From Bugula neritina (lineage: Eukaryota; Animalia; Bryozoa), in contig OZ037772.1 of the NCBI GenBank assembly GCA_964035545.1, positions 8,112,950 through 8,176,949 on the forward strand: 64,000 bases of DNA. The letters run 5' to 3'. Both the position numbers and the translations under genes were made by a program. Under the pieces are notes generated by a model, which was given only the letters and a program-made list of their open reading frames with translations, searched no databases and had not been told where the DNA came from. Shown here one piece after another: positions 1 to 12,290 of the stretch; position 1 is the first letter of the stretch; every line of letters begins with the position of its first letter.

Positions 1-231
1 ATGACTAGTACCAACACCCTAATAAGGCAGTATTTTTTCAAAAACAAATAAAACGATTTGCTTTATATTTCATTCTTTAGAACATTTCTCTTCACTCAAT
101 GTTTGTCAGCATATAGCAGTTTTTCCTTTCTGCTGATTAAGCCAATTTCCTGTTAGAAAATCATAGCATCAAGTTATGTATTTGGTAGGACGTTAATTGA
201 GCACATTGCTTACATTTGAGCCTCATTTTAG

Positions 232-1248
232 AATCATCTTGTCAAAGTGGCATATCAATTGCCAAGGAAAGAGTTCTCAGTTCCTTAGTAGAAGCAATCA
301 ACAGATGGGACCTCAACTCACAGCGTAGCATCAACTATAGGCAAGTGTAAATACCTAATATTCAGGGATCTCCATTTCTATTGTCTTGTAGCTTTAATTT
401 TATGTTATTGTTGCCCTTTGCTGGGTCAGGATCACATGCGTCTATCAGGGTTGGGGTAGTTGTAATTAGTTGTAATTAAATACATTTTCTCAAGTAATTG
501 AATGTAATTTGTAATTGATGTATAAAAATGTAATTGTAATTAATTACATTCATATGTATTTGACCTCAACTCTATAGTCTATACTCTCTAGTCTATACTC
601 TATAGTCTATGCTCTATAGTCTATACTCTATAATCTATACTCTATAGTCTATACTCTATAGTCTATACTCTATAGTCTATACTCTATAGTCTATGCTCTA
701 TAGTTTATACTCTATAGTCTATACTCTATACTATATAGCATTGTATTCTGCAGATCATTTAAGCCAATCCTAGCGCTGTTAGAATGTGATCATACAGTGG
801 AAGTTCGCCATTGGGCTGTTTGGGCACTTTGCAATCTGACCACAGTCTACCGTAAGTGTAATCTACACAAATATAATCTATAGTAGTGTTGTAGCTCTTA
901 TCTGCAGAATATAATAGGGGTTATCTATAGCATTTATTAGGTGTTATCTACAGATTATAATAGTTAATAACTACAGAACATATTAGGGATCATCTACAGA
1001 GTATAGTAGCTATTGTTGAATACTTTAGATGTTATCTGCAGGTCACACTCTAGCATCCTATGATTCTTGTAGCTGACAAGTACTGTCAACTGTTACACGA
1101 AGAGGGAGGAATTCAAATCCTACAGAATATGCTTACAGAGTCTGAAAGGATGAACTCGCATATAATCAAACTTGTCGAACTTATTTTGGCGAATGTTCGA
1201 AAGGTTTTTGGCCACGATCATCACAACATGGAGGTCGGCCAGCTTTAG
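232..1248 (+). CDS. ZER1: Protein zer-1 homolog (ZYG11/ZER1 family CRL2 substrate receptor), last three exons; gene starts left of window
   Basis: Exons 232-340, 754-851, 1073-1248 splice to ...AINRWDLNSQRSINYR|SFKPILALL...HWAVWALCNLTTVYP|DKYCQLLHEEGG..., matching the ZER1 C-terminus as recalled (WDINSRRNINYRSFEPIL...HWATWALYNLVSVYPDKYCPLL). The first intron uses a GC donor. Confidence 0.9.
446..573. mobile_element. Short MITE-like element in ZER1 intron
   Basis: Imperfect terminal inverted repeats CAGGGTTGGGG...CCTCAACTCTA around internal TGTAAT repeats; partial flanking duplication gtctat. Confidence 0.5.
571..735. repeat. 14-bp minisatellite (TAGTCTATACTCTA)n
   Basis: About 11 tandem copies visible. 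Confidence 0.9.
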
Positions 1249-2332
1249 CAGTGCTTTTTATTGTTGTTACGGTCTCTTTCTGTGATTGGCTAGAGTGGAC
1301 TATGCACCGTATGCTATGATTGGCCTAAATCTAAAGTTGTATATTATGCGTGCGAATCTGGCCAGTTGTGGTACTCCATTGCATTTTAATACTAAGTTTA
1401 CAGTCTTCGCTAATTTACTAACTGTGATTAGTTTATCGGTGCAATGCTAGTTAGTCTTTAGTATTATTTAAGTTTCATATTTGCATTGCTACATGCTAGT
1501 TGTTCTTATTGGCTACTCAACTTTAATTGTTATTTTATTGGTTGTTGGTTGAAAAACCTGGATTGTTAGTAAATTAAATTACTGCTCATTAAGGACTTGT
1601 TAAAATTTTTTATATGTACCCAGTACACCAGTGTGCCTCATACTTGAAACATTTTTTTTATCCTTATTTTATTTTATTTAAATCTTTACACTATAACTTA
1701 TTAAATAAAATTATATATTTAATATATACGGAAAACAAACTTCATGACATTTAAATCAATTAGAAGTTTCAATCATTCTGTAAAATATACTCTCAAAAAT
1801 CTAGTAAAAAATATCTGACTCAACGTTGAAAAATAAAGAATTCAGTTTTCAAGTCACGCTGGTTGTTGCTTTCGCATTACTTGACTGTCTGTCACAAATT
1901 GAAATTGCAATGCCACTTCCACAATAGCAGGCATGTGACTTTACATCCAGGGTTGTAATCAACGTCACATGACCTATTAAATGTGACGCAATGTTTGGTA
2001 TAGATGACACAATGCTAGGATGCATCTTATCATAATTTTATGCTTCGGTTTGCTTCTGATGCGTCATTAACAGCAAAACTTGTCAAGAAAATGATTTTGA
2101 TTGGCTGGTTAAATAAAAAGAAGATTGGGCTTGTTTATCGATAAATAAGAACCGTTCAGAAACAGTTTGAGATTAGAACGTCCAGATAAAGAATATTATG
2201 ACTAGTGATGTATGTACAGTACGTTATAGTAAAGTTTATAGCCCAGTTGGCTGTTATCAGATGGCTGATTGGCTCAATAAATAAACACAACTGCTGATTG
2301 GTGTAAAGGGTGTAAGGAGTCATCTGATTGGT

Positions 2333-5300
2333 CTATTTAGAGCAAACAACACACGTCAGCTCCCTAGCATCTATATATGGCGGGCAGTGTTGCAGGCCTC
2401 CACTATTCTTACAGTAACCTGAGACAGGATAGAGTTCTGCTCCAGCAGGTGTTGACTTTGTGCCTGCCAGAAAACAAAGCAAAACTGAGAATTAGTAAAT
2501 TGACTGACACTATCTTTCCCTGTTGGCATTTTAAGCTTCAGCCGGAATTGTATTTTATAATTTGTGTGTCTTCACCATCAGCAGAGTTTTTAAAAACTCA
2601 ATTCTAGAAATTGTAAAATGTTTGCATGTATTAACAAGCACTCTGGTGATTGTGTACAATTGATCTAGTGACATGAGCTTACTAATATGGTGCTTCCATA
2701 CAAGTGCTGCTTTTAAAATACCAACAGAATAGTAGTTGAGAAAAGCACGGCAATGGAAAATTAGAAAAAGCCTGTGTTCTAAATCAGAAATGTCCTGAAA
2801 AAATTGCTTGTTTTATGAGACTTCCGACTGGCGTCCCAAACGGAAGCTCATAAAGGTTATTAAAAAAGTTGGGTTATATTGAAATTTACTCATTGCTGTA
2901 TTTAAAAGTAGTATTTATTGCTCACCATTGACCCCTTCAGCAAAGCCATCGACACAGATGTAGGAAGATCTCATGTCTGAGATGTAAGAAGACATGAGAT
3001 AGCCTTCATACTCTTTGGTCCAGGAGTCAGGACAGCTTGTCTTTGCTGGTATCATCACCTACGAATCAATCGACAGAGCTACAAACTGCCATTTACTATT
3101 GACCATCAACTTTGGACTAACTATTGGCTACGGGCTAGAAATCAGTGTCCTGGAATCGGTAAACGAACGATTGACTAGATTTTAGAACCAGTGACTAAAA
3201 GCTAGTTGCCCGTTGTCATTGACTATAAAATGTTCAACAGTAGAATTGATCTAAAAATTGAATTGTTCAGAGAACGAACTCTGTAATCATACAACCATTA
3301 ACGTAGAGATACAAGTGCTTCTACAGTTGCCATGAACACAAATATAACTACCTCTACAGCTGCTATAGTTACCTGGGTAGACCGTGGAGCGAGACACACA
3401 CTACAGAGAACATTCATGCCACTGATGTCTGCATCCAAGACTTCTCCAGAGTTGTACTGAACACCGTATACCTGTGCGAATATAATATATTTTATGGTAG
3501 ATTTTAGGATACCTTCTTTATGGAAATATCCCTTTATATTAGCAGTTACAGAACGTTTGGTTTCTGAAAGATTGTACTCACGAAGCTGTGCGCTAAACCG
3601 TCATTCATCTTGTCGTATTTCTTCCACTCGGGTGTCAAAGGCAAACACAAATATTCCGATCCACCTCCCGGCCTGCGGGTGTCAATTGAAGCGGCCCCCA
3701 CACCAAATCCTGTGGTATTCAAATAAGTTATAGATCTCAGTCTATTGTCTATGCACAGGAATTGTGCCCTCAATCATATTTACTACACAAACTATAACTA
3801 TTAATAATTTATATATTGTGTTTATTTCATGAGAAAACACTCAACAGCTACAAAATATAAAAGCAACCTTTACAAATAATTTAAGACTTCTCCGAAATAA
3901 TTCTTTATGTACAATATATTTACAAGATTTCTTATTGGTTCGCTATGGATTCAGTTTCCATACTAAACATAATTATGCACACAACTCCCAAACTCTCACT
4001 CAAATTCTAAACCTAAGGAAATGAAAATCATAGATAATGTTTGGGAGTTGCCCTGTAAATATTATTTAAAGTTGATAGATCATCACATTCACTCTGCTGC
4101 TACTACCACCATATTTAAATGTTGACATATTGTTTCGGAGTTATCCTATTAGTATTATTAGCAATTTTTTAAAAATTCCAGGTTTTTAGGCCACTGTACT
4201 ATTTTTAAAATCAGCAAGAAAAGATTTAGAGGGCCAATAGTGAAGATTAATTAACTTTACCGATTCCATGCAAAAACTTCCAAAGTTCAAGCAGTTGCAT
4301 ATTAATAAGCTAGCTGTCTAATCACATGAATTACCTGAATATACTAGAGTTGCATTCTCTTGACAAGTAGGTTTTCCCCAGTGTGTGTATGCGGCAGTTG
4401 ACTTCACCATATTCAGAGCTTCTTTCAGCTGGTCCAGTGTAACCAGGGGAGACCTGAGTTAACAAGGACATGCATAATTTAACTCCTTACATTAATAAGA
4501 AAACTTTTCATATAGCAGGGAAAAGTTCACCAGGAAAAACTTCAGACAAAATTGGATAAGCATGGGCAAGTATTCAGCGCTCATACTGCAGCACTGTATA
4601 GAAACATAAGCTAGCTCTAACTACCATAGTGTTGTGTTTTACACACACACTCACACACCTCAAGCTTATATAATATTGCATAAAGTGCTGTTGTAGCATG
4701 TTTAAAGGGAAATGCAGCTGAATTATCATAGTACATTATATTCACCAAAGAGCCAATATATAATATGTTACATAGTTCAACAAAAAGCCAAGCATATAAT
4801 CTACATAACCTGTATCACGACATTATATAAGTAGACATAATGAAATTAACAGCAACTTTACACTGTGTTACTATTGTCGTACTTGTCAGATGGAAGATCC
4901 TGTTGGTAGGCAAATGAGGACCAGTCTGTCTGTATGTCTTTTGTCTCTATCTTTTTTGTGACCTCATCAAGTCTTATGGTGACCCAGGTAAGGAGAGCGC
5001 AGGTAACGCACAGCGACAGCAGACTCATCGAGATCGGGAGGAGGAAGTGCCATCTTCGGTGCAGCCTACAGTATACACCCCTGTGAGAACCCCTGTTGAT
5101 TAGATTACATAACACACCCTTGTGAGACCCCCTGTTGATTAGGTTACTCAATGCATCCACTCATTGCGAGAACCCTTGTTAGTCAGTTTATTTAAAATTT
5201 TCATTCCTATAAGAACCCTTATTTATTAGGTTAATTGAAGTATCCACCCCTATAAGAACCCAGGATGGTAAGGTGCCTAAGTAGGCTAGGAATTGCATAT

Positions 5301-5504
5301 ACTGTGATATAAAAGCAATTATTTATGCCTCATGCCCTTTCTGAATTCCCAATTCCTTATGGCTTTGTCAGGATTTGCAACCCCATGACCTGGAGCTGAC
5401 TTGACCTAGAACTGACTTGACCTAGAACTGACTTGACCTAAAGCTGACTTGACCACTTGTAGTTCATCTCACCTAAATTTTACTGGTTTTATATTATCCT
5501 CCAT
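2333..5504 (-). CDS. Type II membrane protein with a 'short-chain collagen C4-like' C-terminal domain but no collagen triple helix
   Basis: Exons 5504-5473, 5065-4883, 4453-4335, 3709-3582, 3471-3373, 3058-2926, 2463-2333 with GT-AG sites and consistent phases. Motifs YTHWGKPTC..LVYSG, GGGSEYLCLP, VYGVQY, CSVC, MIPAKTSCP.SWTKEYEGYLMS, YICVD, CPPY..RELTCVVCSK* are typical of this invertebrate family. N-terminal hydrophobic segment FLLPISMSLLSLCVTCALLTWVTI. The start codon could lie further upstream. Confidence 0.8.
5395..5455. repeat. 16-bp tandem repeat (CTGACTTGACCTAGAA) x~4
   Basis: Direct inspection. Confidence 0.85.
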
Positions 5505-5581
5505 CCTGAACAAGTTGAGTTTATCAGTTTCCTCTGTTGGCTCCTCACTTCTGCAAATATAACATGAATTGTTCTATAACC

Positions 5582-5676
5582 AGCGCGGAGTTGATAGTGC
5601 AATAGTTTAGGATTCTCTAGTTTCAAGTTGAAAACCCAAAACTACTGCACTTATTCACCCCCAACTCAGAGCTGCT
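5582..5676. mobile_element. Degenerate MITE related to the element at 36908-37077
   Basis: Ends with TCACCCCCAACTC(A/T)G(A/T)GCTGC, shared with ~37066-37086; weak inverted symmetry. Confidence 0.4.
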
Positions 5677-8437
5677 TGTATAACAGTTCATATTACATGA
5701 TATCATTGAACTATAACTTGAAGTTTTAGTTCATTGCATGAGAAAATTTAAATTCCAACGGCTAGGCCCAGGTGGGAACACAGGCTAAAGTCAAGTATAG
5801 ATTCGGTTATGTGGTATATAGGTTAGGTCATTAAACTATAATCTATAGTTATAGAACTTATAGTTTCAGTTCAGTGGGTTAGGTAGTGTGTGTATAAATA
5901 TTATATGCAATAAAACTGAAACTTACAAGTAAAGCTGTTGTACGACATGATTATTAAGAAAAGAACTTATTGTAGAAGATTTCAAGATGATTTGTTTTAA
6001 GTGACTACAGATACAGCTGATAGAACAGTAGTGTCGCTAGATAATTGCCATTCAAATTAGTTAAAAGTTATTAAATCACTATATAACAAGTACACATTCA
6101 CAAAAAGTTTTTGGTAAAATCAAAATATTTAAGTAGATTTATAAAATATCACAGCCAAGCTGAAAATTTAAATCACGGCTATCTTGTCTTTTTTGCATTC
6201 GGCTGCCATGATAACAGCTGCAGGTGAAAGATGCAAGATAGCTGGTGCAAAAGTTACCTTATGAACTTGCTGCTTGCCTTAAGCTGAGTCCAACTTAACT
6301 ATATATTAGTTGCAGATGTTTGTGGGGAGCTTTTAGCAGACTAATATCAACTAGTAAACCTGGTGTATAGACAGTCTGATAAAAGAATGAACTATGTGTC
6401 TGTAGGCAGAGGCTGAAACTCATCAAATGTTGCTACAATTGTTTTGTTGTGAACGATCCTTTGCTATTGGTGAATATCAAAGATATATCATAGACTGAGT
6501 TCTAACAAACCATCTATGTAATGCTATGTTTGGATAGTGAGAGTACACGTGAGTTGAGGACTTAAGTCTGCTAGCTTATTATGACTTTTAAGGTTCCATG
6601 CCAACAGAGGTTAAATATTTCCAGCAGTTCTAAGAAATGGTTAAGAAAATTCTAGAAGTAATAAAAAACAATAAGAACTGATAGGTTGCATGGTGAAGCC
6701 AAGTTGTCCATCAACAAAATCAAAATTGATCTAGTTTAATTACTTAGCAAATGAAGCAATCTAGACAGCTATATATAAATAAACGCTTTTGATGTCATAA
6801 GAAGTAAAATGTTTTTCTAAGGTTATCTTCAGGTTTACAAAAACATGCTAGAAATGTGTGGCTAATACTAAGAACTTTCTAGAAATCAGCCCTAGATCTT
6901 TAGATTCCCTTACATACACTAATTCAACCTCCAAATGTATATATAGGTACATCAGTGGGTTTCATCCCTATTAGACGCTTCCCAGTTAGAAGCTGCCCAC
7001 TTGGGCATTTCCCATTTGGACACTATTTTTCATTTTGGTGCGATATATAATAATAGACCTATATATACATGTATAACTGCTGTATTGGTTGCTAAACAAG
7101 AAATAATATGAATTATCTGGAATAATATTCCAATTTTCACAAATTTGTGGGGGACAACAAACAGGAATACATTAATAGTAGCCAGTATCTTTTATGAATA
7201 CTTCTTATTAGAACTTTATTTGTTTCCATCAACAACAAGTATAGAAAATGCAAAATTAATAAGTTAATGCAGATCAAAGAAATTTTTTCATGTGCTACAT
7301 AGCAAACAATAAATCCAAATTTATTGAAATATAGTAGCCTACATATATTTCAATAATATTCAAATAAATTGCAAATAGAATATATGTTGTACTAAAATTC
7401 TAACTGAGAAGAGTCTATTTGGGATGACACCCACCAGTGAACACAAAGCCAGATTGAACTAAAGAAAGCTATAATAATGTATTTCAGAAATTTTGAAATG
7501 CTTAAGATTTACAATTTAAATTTAGTTCCAACGTTTCTTTAGATTACAAAATCAATTCGAATTCTAATTTTCTTCAAATAGCTACTCTACATAATATCAA
7601 CTTCAAACACACAGGCTATATTTAAAAACTTACAGACTCCAGGCTTGTTAGGTAAATGATATGCCGCGTAAGAATATTACGTTTGAAACACAAAATGAAT
7701 TAACGTTACGCAACTGAGATATCATCAAACTCAGCTATACTACTCCATTGGCCAACGACTAGATTGTACAGACAGGCGGTGCTACAACTGAATAGGTTTT
7801 CGATATGCTCTCTACGTGGGTTTCAGCAACAAATGTTGAGTAAAAATCAGATTAATTGATAATATTAAATATTTTAATTCCAAAATATGTGGGTACTTCA
7901 TGACCTTTTACTCAAGGTCACCCATAAATTTCACACCTCTGTTTGTACAAATGCTTCTGCATGTATATCAGGTTTCAAGGAATGACGTAACTATGAGGAA
8001 TGCCTAGAGACAAGAGCTTTCTAACCGTCTCTCCGCTAAATGGTTTACCTGCGTAGACTGAGATTGATCTAGTTTGTAATTTCTATACAAAGAGCTTACA
8101 TCGGTTTATTTGCATTTCACGCAGCCCTCAAACTAAGGCTGGATTTAAGGCTGTACGCCATTGGTTTTGCTTTCATGTGTAAGTGTCAAACTTCATTCAA
8201 GTGCAGTGCTTTCACTTATAGCCTTCATGTATCTTATAATTACAATAATTATATGGATATATAATTAATTAAAGCATGGCTTGAACTTGTTGTAAATAAA
8301 AGCATATATCCTTTTTCAACTATCTATCAATGAATTGGCAATTTTATTTATATGTTGTTCCCATCAGCCTATAATGAAGCCAATTAGAGCAGGGGCACAA
8401 CTCTCATTGTATAATTAAGAATATTGAACCAAGATTG

Positions 8438-10371
8438 TACACTCTAAAAATGGTATGTTGTATGACCAAAAGTCAAGCTTTTCCAATAATCATCATAAAA
8501 GGATTCTAGCTTGCAATAGACTTGCATTTTGAGCATACTTTTACTCCCACAAACATTGCACCATATGTTATCTTAACTCTATTAAGTTATGTCAGGTTAC
8601 ACTAAATCTTGATGCACAGTCTCCAAGTAAAAAGAAGGGGGCGTAATCGTGTACTCCCACAATGTTATTTAGTTAGGAACACTTCATTAGAATAATATGC
8701 CAAAAGCCCTCCTTACATGCCACAAATACTTAACACGTTGGCACTCAGCCAAGCACAGTGTCCAAAGGTGCTCATGCAAGGTTGTATCATTGAAACATAG
8801 AAGCCATTCATTATAATATATGAATCTAATCACTTATATTGAAGCTGCTAAATTTCTAAACAAGAAGTCTTCTAAAATAAAATAAATTCGTAATTAACTA
8901 AAGAACACAAAAACCTATATACACATTTTTAACCTGTGAGTCTAATCATTTATAATAAAGTAATTGTGACTTTTGAATCACAACTAGAATTGACTAAAGA
9001 ACATGAAAAACTATAGTTTTAATCAGCATTCTAGCACACAGGTCTTAACAAAATGAAAAATCACATGTGTAAATTTTAGGCCAATTTAAACGCAATTTTA
9101 TCTAGCTGTGGTCTAGGCTCTAGGGGCTAGACCACTGGCTTGGTGAACACAAAGTTGTGAGTTAATAAAAAAGAAGAGCATCCAGTCACAATTGCTCCTG
9201 TGCCTAATCTGAATAAGTTTCTAGCCCGATTTGAAAATCCCTTTCTATCAGGGGTTTTCACAGAGATGGTGACTAAAAACTTAAATTTTTTTTTAAAAAG
9301 CAATTCCAATGAAACTTTTTTGAATCTCAAATTCAACCAAATACATGTCTTTTAATTAACAAGTGTGTTGAAAACTTAGTATAAGCATAGAATATAGGAA
9401 TAGAGCGGGTATTGGTTGCTTCAACTAGTCCATTATTCATGGAACAAGAGTTGGCATGCTGAAGATCCCCAGCACTGTGTAGAATTAAAACAACATTATT
9501 GTTGAATCTGAAAACATTATCTGAACAGAAAATCAGATGACAGTCTTGGCACTACTAGTGACCCATATTATTCCAGTCTGACCATAAAAACAGACAGACA
9601 AAGCTATACTCACTTTGTGTAACTGTGGTTGGTGTGTCCGTAGTCCCCCATTTGCTTGGTATACTATGTTCTTAGGCTATGTTTGACCTGGCTCTCTGTC
9701 AAGTCCACTGCAACTACTGGGTGGGTTGAGACTCAAATTAGAAATGAGAAAAAGTCTGGAATCTGTTAAACTATTAGTGATTTTTGGCATCGTGGCATCA
9801 GTGGCATTGATTATAAGAGGTTGCCCTAAAGCTGCCTAAGCTACTGTTTAAATCACGATAAATAGACAATTACCTCAAAATGAGAAATAATAGACCCTCT
9901 GCCCATTTAGACCATTACTGTAAGCAATTGTTTTAATGTTAACAACTATTAAATACTAGATTTATCTTTGTTGTACATTTACATAAAGCTTTTAGCTTTA
10001 AACTTTTAATCAAAAGCAATTAAGAACAATAGATAGGCACTGCTTTCAATTAGGCTGCAGATGCTCTCAGATGCTAGAAGAATGAATGAATAAGGCAATT
10101 CACTCAGTTAGGTAGAATTGTCTAATTTCTGTGTGAATTCTAATCTGTAATCATTCAAGGAGTTTATAAAGACGATTGTAGCTCAGTTTTTATTTGTCGA
10201 TCATTTGAACATGGTTAGTGCATAGGAAGCCTCATAGCAAAAGCTGCTTTTAGCAATCACTATAAATTATAGCAGATTAAATGAATGTATCATGTAACTG
10301 TAACTACGATATTTGTAAGAGCAAAACTGAAATAAACTGTGTGACTTTGGTCATACTATTTCAAGTGTGTA
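8438..10371. mobile_element. Possible decayed CMC/CACTA-like non-autonomous DNA element
   Basis: Left TACACTCTAAAAATGG...GTATGACCAAAAGTCA versus reverse complement of the right end TACACACTTGAAATAGTATGACCAAAGTCA. No intact ORF between them. Confidence 0.3.
9104..9282 (+). mobile_element. tRNA-derived SINE (degenerate copy)
   Basis: Shares body GAGCATCCAGTCA(C/T)AATTGCTCCTGTGCC...GGTGACTA(T/A)AAACTT with seven other copies. Confidence 0.8.
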
Positions 10372-10999
10372 TTATATAAGGTACCTATAATGAAGCTCAT
10401 TATAAATAATATGTTTTATTGCAGCCCAAAAAAGGGTAGCCACTATCTCAGTTTCTTTGTGCTCTGCCGTCTACCTTTGCTGCATCAGTTCGTAGTTCAG
10501 AGGTGTTGGGAGTGTGTTGGTATGCATTAGCTAGTTAATAAGTTAAAGTTACAGTGTAAATGTAGTATAGTGAGCATGTTTCAATAACTTTAAAGGTAAA
10601 TTTTAGTTTGAAATTCTTGCTTTGTTTGCTACATTTCTAATCTGCAACATAATCTCTGCTTTACTATTTTCTCCTTTTCTTCACCTACCTCTCATGGTAC
10701 ATAAAGTAAATGAAACTATCAGCTGCATTCTACTCCCCTAAAGATTCCATCAATTATTATAATTTGTATTTAATTATTGCTGCCTGATAGGTTATTGCTG
10801 GCAGCATGCTATTGCGCAACGTTGTTCTTCACATCATGTCATCAGAATAAGCTCAGACCTCAGATGATGACTTTCAAATGACCTTCAGTATAATTACCTC
10901 AAAGTCTTTGACCAGACCTCCGAATACAGTTTTTTTACTGCATGTTATCGACTGCTGTATGCCAAAATACTTTGTTGTGTTAGTTGTAGATATCAGACT

Positions 11000-11290
11000 G
11001 GGAGCAGCCGTGGTCTAGGGGTTAGAGCCTTTGCTAATGAAAAGCAGGAAGTGCTGGCTTAGTAAACCTAAAGTCATGGGCTTGGTCCCCAGTCTAGGGG
11101 TTAAAGCATTTGTCTGGTGAACATGAGGTCATGAGTTTGAACCCCAGTAAAGGTCAGTGGTATTGTTAGAAAAAGCATCTAGTCATAATTGCTCCTGTGC
11201 CCCATCTGAATAAGTCCTTAGCACCATTTAAACCTTTCCATCAGGGTTTCTCACAGGGGTGGTGACTATAAAATTGTGGGAGTGAGTATT
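11000..11290 (+). mobile_element. tRNA-derived SINE with duplicated head and 14-bp target-site duplication (TSD)
   Basis: A-box TGGTCTAGGGG with the head segment repeated; TSD TAGATATCAGACTG at 10987-11000 and ~11292-11305. Confidence 0.9.
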
Positions 11291-12290
11291 ATAGATATCA
11301 GACTGACATGTATTATAATAGCAGATGGGCATGTTGGTATGTTAAAGTTGATTAGAAACAAAGGCTATACAGGATGTAATCTAAACTCTATAAAATATAA
11401 TATATCAGAATTTCGAATTTTTATATGCAAGCATATTTCTTGCAAAACTTTTTCATTGGTTCACAATCATATCTCTGAATTTACTGTTAAAGGTCAAATA
11501 CTCCATATTTACACTTGCTGTACTGTACGTGATATAACAGCAAATATCAGCCATTTTTAATGTGTCCAGGCTGAAGTTTTCAAAGTCCGATGCTGTTGAA
11601 AATCAAATACTCCTGTCAATCATAGCATATTTGTTTCCTTTAGAATCACACCTATGTGCGCTTGTGTTCGCAGCTCCACTGGTATTAGTAAACAACTCTT
11701 GCCTGTTGTTTGGATAAGCAAGTTACCATGGAACACTTTCAAAAAAGTTTATAACCTTAATTTTAATTACATTTTTTCTTTTAATTTTTGCTTATATGAC
11801 ACTATATAAGCATGAAAATTTCACAGCACACACCAGGAACACTAAAAGCAGCAATTGTACAATAACATAACATACCATCCCCAAGATATTGTAGATTTTA
11901 CTATAACAATGGCTATTCTTTAAATTTATGGACATTATATTTCTATAGACTATAGAATATAGACACTGGTAGTCGTGCGTTTTAGTAGTTGTCTATTCAT
12001 TTCTCGAATCAGCTCTCAACATGCCCAACATAATTTATCATGTATTAACGGGGAGGTTGCAAATTTGTTACAAAACTAAGCGAAGGTCAATGTCAAGGTG
12101 ATAACTATACAGTGACTAGATTTTTACTGACCCAGTATTAAATCAATGATTATTAAACGGTGTGACCTATAAAAATTAACTGCTGCGTTACTCTCATATA
12201 TGTTCTATGGCTTGGATTTTCAATAGCTACGCTTCTTGTTATTTTCTGAACTGATCTCGACTCAATTGTTCAGTGTTGCAGCCACCAAAA

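Noticed and set aside
6200-12200. Hidden protein-coding gene in the 6-kb gap
   Set aside because: No consistent exon chain or recognisable translation; short ORFs derive from SINEs or AT-rich noise.
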